NCBI GenBank assembly: GCA_947459245.1
Contig: CANHCV010000005.1
Span: 4,820-68,819, forward strand
DNA: 64,000 nt
Source: Bacteroidota bacterium
Lineage (GTDB): Bacteria; Bacteroidota; Bacteroidia; UBA7662; CANHCV01
Direction of reading: 5' to 3'
The number at the start of each line of letters is the position of its first letter. The first letter of the stretch is position 1. Of this stretch, positions 1 through 9,323 are shown piece after piece. The notes beneath the pieces were generated by a model. It did not search any database and had not been told where the DNA came from. It saw only the letters and a program-made list of their open reading frames with translations. The position numbers and the translations under genes are program-made.

Positions 1-49
1 AAGTTTGAACGTCGACTACAATTTCAGATTTCTTTGCTATTTTTCAGCC

Positions 50-3043
50 ATGAAGAAAATTTGGTTCTCTACGCTGTTTTCAATCGGAATTTTTGTTTCA
101 AATGCGCAACCCAATCGTTGGAACAATGGTCCCCGCGACGATCGTTCTACCTGGTTCGCCATCACCCATGCTACCCTTCAGGTTTCGCCAAAAGTGCAAA
201 TTAAAGATGCAACTTTGTTGATTCGCGATGGGAAAATTGTAGAAATGGGGAAAGAAATCAAACTTCCCGCCGGTGCTGTTATTAAAGATGTTGCCGGTGC
301 GATGGTTTATCCTGCTTTGATCGATGCGTGGAGCACCTATGGCGTTGAAGTTCCTCCCGGAGGCGCTTCCCGCGGCCGCGGACAACAGCATGCCCCTGAG
401 CGCCCCGGCGCTTTCGCCGTTAACGATGCCATTCGTACCGATCAAACGGCCGCAGAACTTTTCCGATTTCAACCGGAAAAGGCAGAACGCTATCGAAAAA
501 TGGGAATCGGTTTAACTGCTACATTTGTGGAAGATGGAATTGCTCGCGGAACTTCCGCCGCCGTTTTCACCAGCACCGGGGAAGAAACCCAACTGCTTTT
601 TCATCCTTCCGTTGGTCGACATTTCTCCCTCAACAAAGGGTCTTCCAAAGAAGATTATCCTGAATCGCTCATGGGTCAATTCGCCCTGTTGCGCCAAACC
701 CGTGCCGATGCATTGTGGTACCAAAATACCAAACCTGCATTTCGCGATTTAGCTTTAGAAGCTTGGATTTCTACTGAGAATTTGCCCGACTTTTTTGAAA
801 CACGTGGAGAATACGATGCTTTGCGTTTGGCTGAATTGGCCAAAGAATGGAAACGTTCAGCCATCATCAAAGCCCAAGGGAACGAATACCAATTCATCGG
901 TAGTTTGAAGAATTATCCCGGTAATCAGTACATCCTTCCGCTAATTTTCCCCGATGCGAAAGATGTTGAACATCCATTGGATGCCCAGAATGTTACGCTT
1001 GCCGAAATGAAACATTGGGAATTGGCTCCGTCCAATCCGGCAGCCTTCGCTAAAAATCAAATTCCTTTCGCGTTCACCACCTCAGGATTGAAACCAGGGG
1101 AAGATGTTTTTGCCGCTGTTCGATTGGCCCTACAATATGGGCTGCCCTACGAGTCGGCCTTGGCGGCTTGGACCACCGTTCCTGCATCCATGTTGGGTTT
1201 GCAATCCAGCATTGGAACGTTGGAAAAGGGAAAAGTAGCTAGTTTTATGATTGTTACCGATTCCCTTTTCTTAGAGAATTCAAAAATTCAAGAACTGTGG
1301 GTTAATGGAAAATCGTTCGCTTTAACCACCATCGATTCCCTACTTCCAAAAGGAAAATACACCCTGAATTGGGGAAGTAAAACCTACAAGGCCGAAATTA
1401 ATTCAGGCACAGCGTTATCGGGGAAAATTTGGATGGATTCCACTTCATCGGATTTTTCTTGGCAACATTTTCAAGGGAACGTGAACGGAAGCGTAACGCT
1501 TCAGAAAAAATCGTATCGTTTGTACGGCTGGTTGAAGAACAACGGTTTGGAAGGGAAAGCCACTGCCGAGGATGGTTCTGAAATTCCGTTTTCCTTGGTA
1601 TGGAAAGAAGCAACAACCCCCGATACCTCCACCAAAACTCGAAAATCGTTGGTTTCGTTCAAAGATGCCTCGCCTTCATTTTTCCCGCAAATGGGATTAG
1701 GTGCTACGAAGCCATGGTCGGAGCAGCCGCAACTCACTACCCGAATCAACAACGTGACCATTTGGACCATGGGGAAAGATTCGGTTTTTGTGGGCGATGT
1801 GCTCATTCGCCAAGGAAAAATTGTTCGGGTTGGTCGTTTGGGCGACGTTGAAGACGTTGCCAACGTGATTGACGGAACTGGAAAACACCTCACGCCCGGG
1901 TTGATCGACGAACACAGCCACATTGCCATTACCCGTGGCGTTAACGAAGGAACGAGAAACGTAACGTCGGAATGCGATATCGACGATGCTTTGGATTGTT
2001 CCGACATCAACATTTACCGTCAGTTATCAGGCGGAGTTACCACCTCGCACTTGTTGCACGGTTCGGCCAACCCCATTGGTGGTCAAACCGCATTGATCAA
2101 GCTGCGTTGGGGCGCTACATCTCCCTTTGAATTGCGTTTTCAAGGTGCAGATCCCTTCATCAAATTTGCTTTGGGAGAAAATGTGAAGCAAAGCAACTGG
2201 GGAATGAGTCCTAAAACCCGCTATCCTCAAAGCAGAATGGGCGTAGAACAAGTTTATTTCGATGCTTTTTCTCGCGCCAAAGAATACGAAGCTGCCCGCA
2301 AAAAGTGGATGGCCAACGGAAGCAAGAAGGAACTGGAGCCTCGCCCCGATTACACCCTCGAAACCTTGGTTCGAATCCTCAATAACAAAGAATTCATCAC
2401 CTGCCACTCCTACGTTCAAAGCGAAATCAATATGCTGATGCACGTGGCTGATTCGATCGGGTTTAAGGTAAATACCTTCACCCACGTGTTGGAAGGCTAT
2501 AAAGTTGCTAAGGAATTGAAAGCCCACGGCGCCTACGCTTCTACGTTTTCCGATTGGTGGGCGTACAAGTACGAAGTGGTTGATGCCATTCCCCATAATG
2601 CTGCCTTGTTAACCCAAGCAGGTGTGGTAACGTGCATCAATTCCGACGATGCCGAAATGGCCCGCCGCTTGAACCAAGAAGCAGCAAAGACCATCAAATA
2701 CGGCGGGTTATCACCCGTTCAGGCCCTGGCCACCGTTACCATCAATCCGGCTAAAGCCCTTCATATCGACGGGAAGGTGGGAAGCATTGAAGTAGGCAAA
2801 GATGCCGATTTGGTTCTTTGGAGCCATCATCCATTGAGCATCGATGCGAAAGTGGAGATGACGTTGGTAGATGGAAAAATGGCCTTCAATCGGGAAGAAG
2901 ATGCCAAGAATCAAACGAGAATGCAGGCCGAACGCCAGCGATTGATTCTGAAGATGCTGGAAGCGAAAAAAGGGGGAAAACCTACTTCAAAACCAGTAGT
3001 GAAGGAAAAACGATTGTACCACTGCGATACGATTGGCGATTGA
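50..3043 (+). CDS. Two-domain amidohydrolase family protein, secreted. The six-frame ORF begins at 5, but the likely start is the MKKIW signal peptide at 50.
   Basis: The N-terminal signal MKKIWFSTLFSIGIFVSNAQ is visible. Metal-dependent amidohydrolase motifs occur twice (HSHIAITRG and DADLVLW-type segments). At 1012 aa, the length is typical of double-amidohydrolase proteins in Bacteroidota. Confidence 0.75.
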   Translation: MKKIWFSTLFSIGIFVSNAQPNRWNNGPRDDRSTWFAITHATLQVSPKVQIKDATLLIRDGKIVEMGKEIKLPAGAVIKDVAGAMVYPALIDAWSTYGVEVPPGGASRGRGQQHAPERPGAFAVNDAIRTDQTAAELFRFQPEKAERYRKMGIGLTATFVEDGIARGTSAAVFTSTGEETQLLFHPSVGRHFSLNKGSSKEDYPESLMGQFALLRQTRADALWYQNTKPAFRDLALEAWISTENLPDFFETRGEYDALRLAELAKEWKRSAIIKAQGNEYQFIGSLKNYPGNQYILPLIFPDAKDVEHPLDAQNVTLAEMKHWELAPSNPAAFAKNQIPFAFTTSGLKPGEDVFAAVRLALQYGLPYESALAAWTTVPASMLGLQSSIGTLEKGKVASFMIVTDSLFLENSKIQELWVNGKSFALTTIDSLLPKGKYTLNWGSKTYKAEINSGTALSGKIWMDSTSSDFSWQHFQGNVNGSVTLQKKSYRLYGWLKNNGLEGKATAEDGSEIPFSLVWKEATTPDTSTKTRKSLVSFKDASPSFFPQMGLGATKPWSEQPQLTTRINNVTIWTMGKDSVFVGDVLIRQGKIVRVGRLGDVEDVANVIDGTGKHLTPGLIDEHSHIAITRGVNEGTRNVTSECDIDDALDCSDINIYRQLSGGVTTSHLLHGSANPIGGQTALIKLRWGATSPFELRFQGADPFIKFALGENVKQSNWGMSPKTRYPQSRMGVEQVYFDAFSRAKEYEAARKKWMANGSKKELEPRPDYTLETLVRILNNKEFITCHSYVQSEINMLMHVADSIGFKVNTFTHVLEGYKVAKELKAHGAYASTFSDWWAYKYEVVDAIPHNAALLTQAGVVTCINSDDAEMARRLNQEAAKTIKYGGLSPVQALATVTINPAKALHIDGKVGSIEVGKDADLVLWSHHPLSIDAKVEMTLVDGKMAFNREEDAKNQTRMQAERQRLILKMLEAKKGGKPTSKPVVKEKRLYHCDTIGD

Positions 3044-4047
3044 TGAATCCCGTTTTGGTGGAGCAGTGGAGGGGAAATTTGGTTGAAACCCTTCACCGAG
3101 GTTCCGTTTGCGTGGCTGATGCCGATGGAAATATCGTATTTTCGTTGGGAGACATCCATCAAAAAACGTATCCCCGATCGGCCTTGAAATTCTTGCAGCA
3201 CTTGGTGCTTTTGGAAAGCGGTGCGGCCGAACATTTCCAATTTTCATTGGAAGAGATTGCCTTGATGGCCGGTTCCCATAACGGAGAACCGCATCATTTG
3301 GAAACGGCTCAACGCATTTTGAGTAAAATTGGACTTGAAGTACACCACCTTCAATGCGGTGCTCATCCACCGTTTTGGCCCGCCGAGGCCGAGCGATTTT
3401 TTCGACAGAATCGAACAGTCAACCAACTGATCAACAATTGTTCCGGCAAACATGCCGGATTTTTGGCCGCTTGTGTTTTTTTGGGATATCCACTTGAAAA
3501 TTATTTGGATCCCCAACATCCGCTCCAACAAGCCATCCTGAAAAAGGTGATGCAGATGTGTAAAATTACCGAGGAACCACCGGTGGCAATCGATGGATGT
3601 TCGGCTCCGATTTGGGGTTTGAGCGTTTACGAACAAGCCGTAGGTTACGCCCAATTGGTGCAACAAAGTCGGTTCGAACATGCGAGCGGGAAAGCTTGCA
3701 GCTGGCTTTTGGAGGCCGTTTCGGCCCACCCGGAAATGGTGGCTGGAACCGATCGCTACGATACGGAAATGATGCATAACTTGGGCGATCGGGTGGTTGG
3801 AAAAGTTGGGGCCGAGGGCATTTTTTGCTTGGGCTTCCGCCAAAAGAATTGGGGCGCGTGCATCAAAATTGACGATGGAAAAATGCTTCCACAATACCTC
3901 ATAGCACAAGAATTATTGGAGAATTTCGAGGAATTAACCGATGGAGAACGGTACGCACTGAAAAAATGGACCGAACTTCCGGTTGTCAATTGGAAAGGTT
4001 TACGTACGGGTGAACATCGTTCGAAGTTATCTTTGCCCCGTGAATAA
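3043..4047 (+). CDS. Asparaginase-family protein (L-asparaginase II-like, DUF asparaginase fold)
   Basis: The ORF at 2818..4047 has an internal ATG at 3043 that overlaps the upstream TGA by 1 nt (tgATGa). Residues from MNPVLVEQWRGNLVETLHRGSVCVADADG onward resemble the asparaginase superfamily. The 75 aa upstream of this ATG overlap the amidohydrolase gene and are probably spurious. Confidence 0.55.
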   Translation: MNPVLVEQWRGNLVETLHRGSVCVADADGNIVFSLGDIHQKTYPRSALKFLQHLVLLESGAAEHFQFSLEEIALMAGSHNGEPHHLETAQRILSKIGLEVHHLQCGAHPPFWPAEAERFFRQNRTVNQLINNCSGKHAGFLAACVFLGYPLENYLDPQHPLQQAILKKVMQMCKITEEPPVAIDGCSAPIWGLSVYEQAVGYAQLVQQSRFEHASGKACSWLLEAVSAHPEMVAGTDRYDTEMMHNLGDRVVGKVGAEGIFCLGFRQKNWGACIKIDDGKMLPQYLIAQELLENFEELTDGERYALKKWTELPVVNWKGLRTGEHRSKLSLPRE

Positions 4048-5062
4048 CATCTTGGATTTAAAACCCGTTCTGCACGGGCCTTCGAAAAATTTTTTCATCA
4101 CCACCCACCACAAACCCGATGGGGATGCCATGGGTTCTTCTTTGGGACTTTACCATTACCTCAAAAAATTGGGGCATCAGCCGTTGGTGGTTACCCCCAA
4201 CGATTACGGATCCTTTCTCTATTTTCTGCCCGAAGAAAAATCGGTTGTTCAATACGAAACCAATCCGGATACGGCTTTGGAAATTTTGAAGAATTGCGAT
4301 TACATTTTCTGTTTGGATTTTAATCGACTTTCAAGAATCAATGAATTGGGAGATGCTGTTCGTGCCGCGCAGCAACCAAAAATCATGATTGACCACCATT
4401 TGGAGCCGGAAAATTTTGCGCAATTTCAGTTGCACGACACGAAAGCGGCGGCTACGGCCGAGTTGGTTTTTCGAATGATGGTGGAGATGGGCGATTTGCA
4501 CTTGATGGATTCCGAAATTGGCACCTGTTTGTACACTGGAATCATGACCGATACCGGCTCGTTTCGATTTGCATCTACTTCCGCTGAAATTCATCGAACC
4601 ATTGCATTTTTGAAGGAATCAGGGGTAGATCATGTGAAGATTCACGAAGCCATTAACGACAGTTGGAGTTTCCGCCGATTGCAGTTCATGGGCTACATTT
4701 TATCCAATAAGTTAAAGTACCTTCCTGAAAAGAAAACGGCATACATTACCATTACTGCTCAAGAATTGCTGGACTACGAAGTTCAAACGGGTGATACCGA
4801 GGGTTTGGTGAATTACGCCTTGAGCATTGAAGGAGTGAAATTTGCTGCGCTAATTGTGGATCGAACTGTTATGGTGAAGTTGAGTTTTCGCAGCAAGGGA
4901 AAAATTCCCGCCAACGAGTTTTCCAGCAATAACTTTCAGGGTGGCGGGCATTTGAACGCAGCAGGTGGACAAAGTTCTGATTCTTTGGAAGTGACTGAAA
5001 AACGATTTTTGGAGGCTTTGGAACAATTTTATCCTCAAATTTTGAATGATGAAAAGGCTTAA
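4040..5062 (+). CDS. nrnA: Bifunctional oligoribonuclease/pAp phosphatase NrnA-like (DHH-DHHA1 phosphoesterase)
   Basis: The DHH motif (KIMIDHHLEPENF) and the DHHA1 GGGH motif (FQGGGHLNAAGG) are present. The N-terminal FFITTHHKPDGDAMGSSL segment is typical of NrnA. The start is uncertain; an in-frame GTG at 4040 follows the upstream stop at 4047 by overlap. Confidence 0.7.
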   Translation: MNNILDLKPVLHGPSKNFFITTHHKPDGDAMGSSLGLYHYLKKLGHQPLVVTPNDYGSFLYFLPEEKSVVQYETNPDTALEILKNCDYIFCLDFNRLSRINELGDAVRAAQQPKIMIDHHLEPENFAQFQLHDTKAAATAELVFRMMVEMGDLHLMDSEIGTCLYTGIMTDTGSFRFASTSAEIHRTIAFLKESGVDHVKIHEAINDSWSFRRLQFMGYILSNKLKYLPEKKTAYITITAQELLDYEVQTGDTEGLVNYALSIEGVKFAALIVDRTVMVKLSFRSKGKIPANEFSSNNFQGGGHLNAAGGQSSDSLEVTEKRFLEALEQFYPQILNDEKA

Positions 5063-5909
5063 TTTTTTTGTTTTCATGGGAGCCCTTTGGCTCATGAGTT
5101 GTGGATCTTCCAATCAAGAAAAAACCACGAAAGACGATGGCTTTCGAACCGATGAAAGTGGATTTAAAATAAAGATCGATAAACGTGGAAACGGCAAATC
5201 TCCCCAAGTGGGCGATTTGATTCAGTTGGTATGGAAACAGAGTTACCAAGATTCGGTCATGCGAAATGCGAACGAAGAATTGACCATTCAAATGACCAAT
5301 CCAGAATTTCATGGAGATTTGTTTCAGGCGTTATTGGGATTGAAAGAGGGCGATAGCGCTACCATTTTAGTTCCTGTAGATTCGCTGTTGAGTTCTGAAA
5401 AATACCGAAAAGCTGATCTTTCAAAACTGTTTAAACCCAAAACGTACATTCGCAATGATGTGGTGATTCACCGCGTTTACAACGAAGATCAATTGTTGGC
5501 CGATACCATGAAAGTGCGTCATCCAGACGTTGCCATGAATCCTCAGGGATTTTATGTGGTTTATTTGAAAAAAGGGAACGGTCCTTTGGCCAAATTGGGC
5601 AGTAAAATGAAGGTTCACCAAAATGGTTTTATGTTGGATGGAACGTTGTTTTCGTCGACCGATGCGGTGAAGGCCAAAGATGGAGCGATATTCAATCCAT
5701 CCATAGAGTACGGCCCGATTGAGTTGGAGGTAGGGAACAAGAACTACCCGCCCGGCTGGAATCGGTTGTTTCCTCTTTTGCACAAGGGCGATCAGGTGCA
5801 GGTTTATTTCCCCAGTTATTTGATGTTCGGGCCGAAAGGTGAGCCGTTTTACGGGGTTCCTCCTTTTACTTCGGTGGTGTACGAGTTTAACGTTTTGGAT
5901 TTGAAATGA
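5046..5909 (+). CDS. FKBP-type peptidyl-prolyl cis-trans isomerase, lipoprotein
   Basis: A lipobox (MMKRLNFFVFMGALWLMSCGSS) is followed by FKBP-like segments (GFYVVYLKKGNGPLAKLGSKMKVHQNGFMLDGTLFSST and FYGVPPFTSVVYEFNVLDL). Confidence 0.7.
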   Translation: MMKRLNFFVFMGALWLMSCGSSNQEKTTKDDGFRTDESGFKIKIDKRGNGKSPQVGDLIQLVWKQSYQDSVMRNANEELTIQMTNPEFHGDLFQALLGLKEGDSATILVPVDSLLSSEKYRKADLSKLFKPKTYIRNDVVIHRVYNEDQLLADTMKVRHPDVAMNPQGFYVVYLKKGNGPLAKLGSKMKVHQNGFMLDGTLFSSTDAVKAKDGAIFNPSIEYGPIELEVGNKNYPPGWNRLFPLLHKGDQVQVYFPSYLMFGPKGEPFYGVPPFTSVVYEFNVLDLK

Positions 5910-6712
5910 TGCGGATTTTCTTTGGAATTCTATGCGCTGTTGCGCTTTGGGGGTGCGATGGAAAGCCGCAAGAAAATCGGTCACAAACCGATGATACGCG
6001 AACGTTGAAAAACGGAGTGGTGATTCATTACGTTCAGAAAGGGAAGGGAAATCCTTCAATTCCTGGAGAATTTGTTCAGATGGATTTGGAGGGAATGCTG
6101 AAAAAGGATTCGTCCATTTTCCGCTCCAGCATTCAGCAAAAAAAGGAAATGATTTATCCGGTGGGGGAAGGTACTGTTTGTCAGGGAGTGGAAGCTGCTC
6201 TGGAAGTATTGGTTCCTGGCGACGAGGTTTGGATTGAAGTGCCGGCTTCGCAAGGATTTGGTAGCATGGGCATTGGCGCGATTCCACCCAATTCCGATTT
6301 GTTGTACCACGTTTGGTTACGGGAGGTTTACCGACAGCAATCGCCGCCCAAATGGGATTTTTCAAGGGCGAAAAAAGAGGATTTGAAAAAGGGATTAGAG
6401 GTTTGGAAAGTAACGGAGGGAATGTCGCCATACGCCCGGCTGGGGAATACGGTTTTATCGCACTTTGCCATTTACCGGGCGAAAGACAGCGTTCTTTTGC
6501 GCACGAGTTATACGGATGGGCGGCCTGCGGTTTGGCAAGTTGGGGTTGGACAATTCCCGCCCGGAGTGGAACAGGTGTTAAACCAATGCGGGAAGGGCGG
6601 GAAGTTCCGAGTTCGAGTTTCGGGAGAACAAACCTACATAAAATCTGAAATGCCAGAGATTCCTTCCAACATGCCCCTCATCATCGATATGGAAGTTTTT
6701 GGTGTAAAGTAA
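5906..6712 (+). CDS. FKBP-type peptidyl-prolyl cis-trans isomerase, lipoprotein (paralog of the upstream gene)
   Basis: The start overlaps the upstream stop by 4 nt (ATGA). The lipobox is LWGCDG. An FKBP-like segment reads GVVIHYVQKGKGNPSIPGEFVQMDLEGMLKKDSSIF. The C-terminus PLIIDMEVFGVK is the sequence duplicated at 7112. Confidence 0.65.
   Translation: MMRIFFGILCAVALWGCDGKPQENRSQTDDTRTLKNGVVIHYVQKGKGNPSIPGEFVQMDLEGMLKKDSSIFRSSIQQKKEMIYPVGEGTVCQGVEAALEVLVPGDEVWIEVPASQGFGSMGIGAIPPNSDLLYHVWLREVYRQQSPPKWDFSRAKKEDLKKGLEVWKVTEGMSPYARLGNTVLSHFAIYRAKDSVLLRTSYTDGRPAVWQVGVGQFPPGVEQVLNQCGKGGKFRVRVSGEQTYIKSEMPEIPSNMPLIIDMEVFGVK
6673..6712. repeat. Gene-proximal copy of the FKBP 3'-end direct repeat (encodes PLIIDMEVFGVK-stop)
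   Basis: gcccctcatcatcgatatggaagtttttggtgtaaagtaa matches 7112..7151 at about 33 of 40 positions. See the distal copy. Confidence 0.7.
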
Positions 6713-6820
6713 TTTTCATGAAAAGTTGATTTTTGCTTATTCGATTTTCGGCTTTGCTGTGTATCCGTCTAAATAAGATTTTCTAAATATTGAGTTTGAA
6801 AAAATCACGAAACGGATCAA

Positions 6821-7099
6821 ATGAAAATAATTGAGGAAAACCAAGTAGAAATTTCAGATTTGATAGAGGTCAAATCAGCGGAATATTTAGGTGAATATTT
6901 TATTCAAGTTGTTTTTAAAGATGGCTTTCATCGGGTAGTTGATTTCAAATCATTTCTTGAAAAGGCGGGTCATCCATCCATTCAAAAATACTTAGATAAG
7001 AGGAAGTTCCAAGAATTTAAAATCATTGAGGGTAATTTGAATTGGAATGATTACGAATTAATATTCCCTGTTTATGACTTGTATCGAGGTCAAATTTGA
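6821..7099 (+). CDS. DUF2442 domain protein. It is the sole cargo gene of a 400 bp insert flanked by FKBP 3'-end repeats.
   Basis: The 92 aa protein MKIIEENQVEISDLIEVKSAEYLGEYFIQVVFKDGFHRVVDFKSF matches the DUF2442 pattern. It is AT-rich compared with its neighbours. Confidence 0.55.
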   Translation: MKIIEENQVEISDLIEVKSAEYLGEYFIQVVFKDGFHRVVDFKSFLEKAGHPSIQKYLDKRKFQEFKIIEGNLNWNDYELIFPVYDLYRGQI

Positions 7100-7111
7100 G
7101 AATTAATGTTT

Positions 7112-7151
7112 GCCCATCATCATCGATATGGAGGTTTTGGGAATTAAATAA
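7112..7151. repeat. Distal diverged copy of the FKBP 3' end (frame and stop retained: PIIIDMEVLGIK-stop)
   Basis: gcccatcatcatcgatatggaggttttgggaattaaataa. The substitutions are conservative or synonymous relative to 6673..6712, and the stop codon sits at the equivalent position. Confidence 0.7.
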
Positions 7152-7250
7152 ACATCCTGCATAAAAATCTGCTCTTGTGTATTGGTTACCTGTATTGATG
7201 GGATGTGTAGAAAAACCACGTGAACCATTCCCAAAGGATCCGTTTCAACC

Positions 7251-7796
7251 TTAGTGCATGCACCCCATGTAAATTTCTTTTTGGAGGATGTAAGCCTTGG
7301 GAAATTTTTCTCTAAACTTGTTGATGTACTCTTCGGCTTCGAGGGATAAAGAGAAAATACCGGCCATGAGGATGAGGTTTTTCTCCTGACTTTTCTCATC
7401 GTACCACTGCTGATATTCTAAAGATAGCGGGTGGGTATCGTCATCGGAACGACGGGGGTAATATTCGCCACGGTAGATTTCATCTTCCGACCAAACGGCC
7501 ACTCCCCACAGGTTTTTTTCGGGATAATACTGTTTTTCGATGGTGTCGAACTTCAATTGATATTCGTTAGCGGTTTTTTCTGCCAAAGCGCGGATGGAGT
7601 TGAAGTCAGAACTGGAATCGAGGATGACCATGAAAGCGGTTTGCATTTCTTCATCTACAATTTCCTCGGTTGGAGGGGTTTCAAGCAGGGTGTCGGTTGT
7701 TTGGGCTTCCGTTTCTTTTGGGTTCTTGGATGGGTCCTTTTGGGGCGAACACGCCAAGGCAAGGAGGAAGATGAAGGAAAGTAGGGAGCGATGCAT
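7251..7796 (-). CDS. Hypothetical lipoprotein
   Basis: A lipobox (MHRSLLSFIFLLALACSPQ) is followed by an acidic linker. No recognisable catalytic motif was found. Confidence 0.45.
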   Translation of the reverse strand: MHRSLLSFIFLLALACSPQKDPSKNPKETEAQTTDTLLETPPTEEIVDEEMQTAFMVILDSSSDFNSIRALAEKTANEYQLKFDTIEKQYYPEKNLWGVAVWSEDEIYRGEYYPRRSDDDTHPLSLEYQQWYDEKSQEKNLILMAGIFSLSLEAEEYINKFREKFPKAYILQKEIYMGCMH

Positions 7797-7797
7797 A

Positions 7798-8277
7798 TCA
7801 GTGTTTTTTGTAGCGGTATTTGTGGGTCTGGTAGTAATAACGGGAGCGCATTCGATTTCTGATGGCGTGCGGACTGGTGGAAACCCGCTTTCGAAAGTGG
7901 CCTTTTACAAAGCGACCGTTGCGGGTAATGTGAGGAGAAACGTAGGAACCGTAGTCGTTCCTACCACCCGATTGGGTGCTGCTTTCGGAAGTTACGTAGG
8001 GATGTTCGGTGAGGGAGGTATCCAACGCCATTTCTTCATCGGACGGTACCGATTTTTCAAATGGCTTTTTGCCTTTCAAGAATCGGCTGTGCGGGTTTTC
8101 CCAACCGAGGAAGTAATCGGTGGCCCAACCCATGGGGAAAGCTAGGAGGTTTCCCAGAATGAGCATCCAGAACCAAAAGGCACAACCGTTTTTTCGTTTC
8201 GGTTTTGCGGGAGGTTCTGAATTCCAATGTGGCTGAGAAGGCGGATAGGTGTTTCCTTGGTAATCTTCCATGTTCAA
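7798..8277 (-). CDS. Hypothetical membrane protein (Pro-rich N-terminus, one TM helix, basic C-terminus)
   Basis: The ORF ends 2 nt before the start of the downstream lipoprotein, which suggests co-transcription. The TM segment is AFWFWMLILGNLLAFPMGW. Confidence 0.4.
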   Translation of the reverse strand: MNMEDYQGNTYPPSQPHWNSEPPAKPKRKNGCAFWFWMLILGNLLAFPMGWATDYFLGWENPHSRFLKGKKPFEKSVPSDEEMALDTSLTEHPYVTSESSTQSGGRNDYGSYVSPHITRNGRFVKGHFRKRVSTSPHAIRNRMRSRYYYQTHKYRYKKH

Positions 8278-8386
8278 ATGCGCTGGAAAATTAAGGGATT
8301 TGGTTCATTTTCAAAAGGAAGAATTCGAAAGAGCAGAAAATCGGCAAATTTGCACGTGTTTTCAAATTGCTCAGAGAGCGGGCACT

Positions 8387-8417
8387 TCCGGTGTCTGATG
8401 CTCTCGAAGGCACCGGA
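8387..8417. other. 7-bp inverted repeat hairpin (TCCGGTG...CACCGGA) in the divergent intergenic region
   Basis: It lies between the divergently transcribed genes at 8277 (-) and 8624 (+). No T-run follows, so it is not a canonical terminator. It may be an operator. Confidence 0.25.
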
Positions 8418-8623
8418 TAAAAAGCGCCCTTCTCCATTTTGTCCTTTTTTTTTGTAAACCTATTGTAGGACGAGACATACTTCAGAAATGAAAACAATCA
8501 ACCGGGACCAAGTCCGCCCCTCCCCGAAAGTAAAGTTAAGGTGTAGAGCCGTTTCAATCGTTTCCAAATTATTTATCTGCTTCGATAAATATCAAACCCA
8601 ATTTTGCTATATATTTACACTAT

Positions 8624-9082
8624 ATGAGAAAACTATTAACTTTAGCACTTCTGCTAATCGGATTGGTGGGGTACACTCAGACAAATTTACATCAATATAT
8701 GAAAGTGACTATTCACACAAATAGTCAAAATTACTTTCCATCATTTCAGGATATTCAAATTGTACTTTATGAAGTTGATACATTTGGAGTTGCTACCGTT
8801 ATCAATCCAAACAATTACACCGTGTCGGTACAAGCAAATCAGTATGTTTTCAATTTTGGATTTAAACAATACAAACCGGTTGTTGTGTATATAAAAGTTC
8901 TACCTAGTGGTCGACTACACAATAAATTTTTAAGCACGTTTGGAACATCATCGGGAAGTATCAATCGTGCAACCAGAGTAATTGTTCCCAATATACTAGG
9001 GGGGAATAATACGATAACACACAATGTTTATATGATACCCAAAATCATTAGTTGGGAGCCTTACTCCACCTATATTGATTAA
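8624..9082 (+). CDS. Hypothetical secreted protein in a low-GC accessory region
   Basis: A signal peptide (MRKLLTLALLLIGLVGYTQT) is present. The gene and its flanks are very AT-rich, suggesting foreign origin. Confidence 0.4.
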   Translation: MRKLLTLALLLIGLVGYTQTNLHQYMKVTIHTNSQNYFPSFQDIQIVLYEVDTFGVATVINPNNYTVSVQANQYVFNFGFKQYKPVVVYIKVLPSGRLHNKFLSTFGTSSGSINRATRVIVPNILGGNNTITHNVYMIPKIISWEPYSTYID

Positions 9083-9323
9083 AAATTAACAATCCCTTAT
9101 GGCTACTTCGGGGTTTGTTTCTATTTTAGGGATGTATGTTAAACTCAAATACTTCATTTTTCAAATGCTTAATGAAGCAGTCGTATTTTACAAAAGTCGA
9201 AATAAATGAGGGCTGACGTTAAAAAGAACATTATTTCTGTAGTCATCCATGGATATTCCTAGGTACACTGCGTTTTAAAACTTATTTTCTTTTTCATTTC
9301 TCGAATCGTTTATCTTTACCATT

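Noticed and set aside
5-49. N-terminal 15 codons of the listed amidohydrolase ORF (MNVDYNFRFLCYFSA)
   Set aside because: The signal peptide begins at MKK at 50. The tool reports non-ATG starts as M, so the upstream extension is probably untranslated.
3597-3989. Several 60-80 aa ORFs inside or antisense to the asparaginase-family gene
   Set aside because: They are nested in a longer motif-bearing CDS and have no independent support.
6713-6820. Possible tRNA or small RNA in the FKBP-DUF2442 spacer
   Set aside because: No cloverleaf-compatible stems or a GTTC-type T-loop were seen. The region is AT-rich with only a short TTTTCATGAAAA palindrome.
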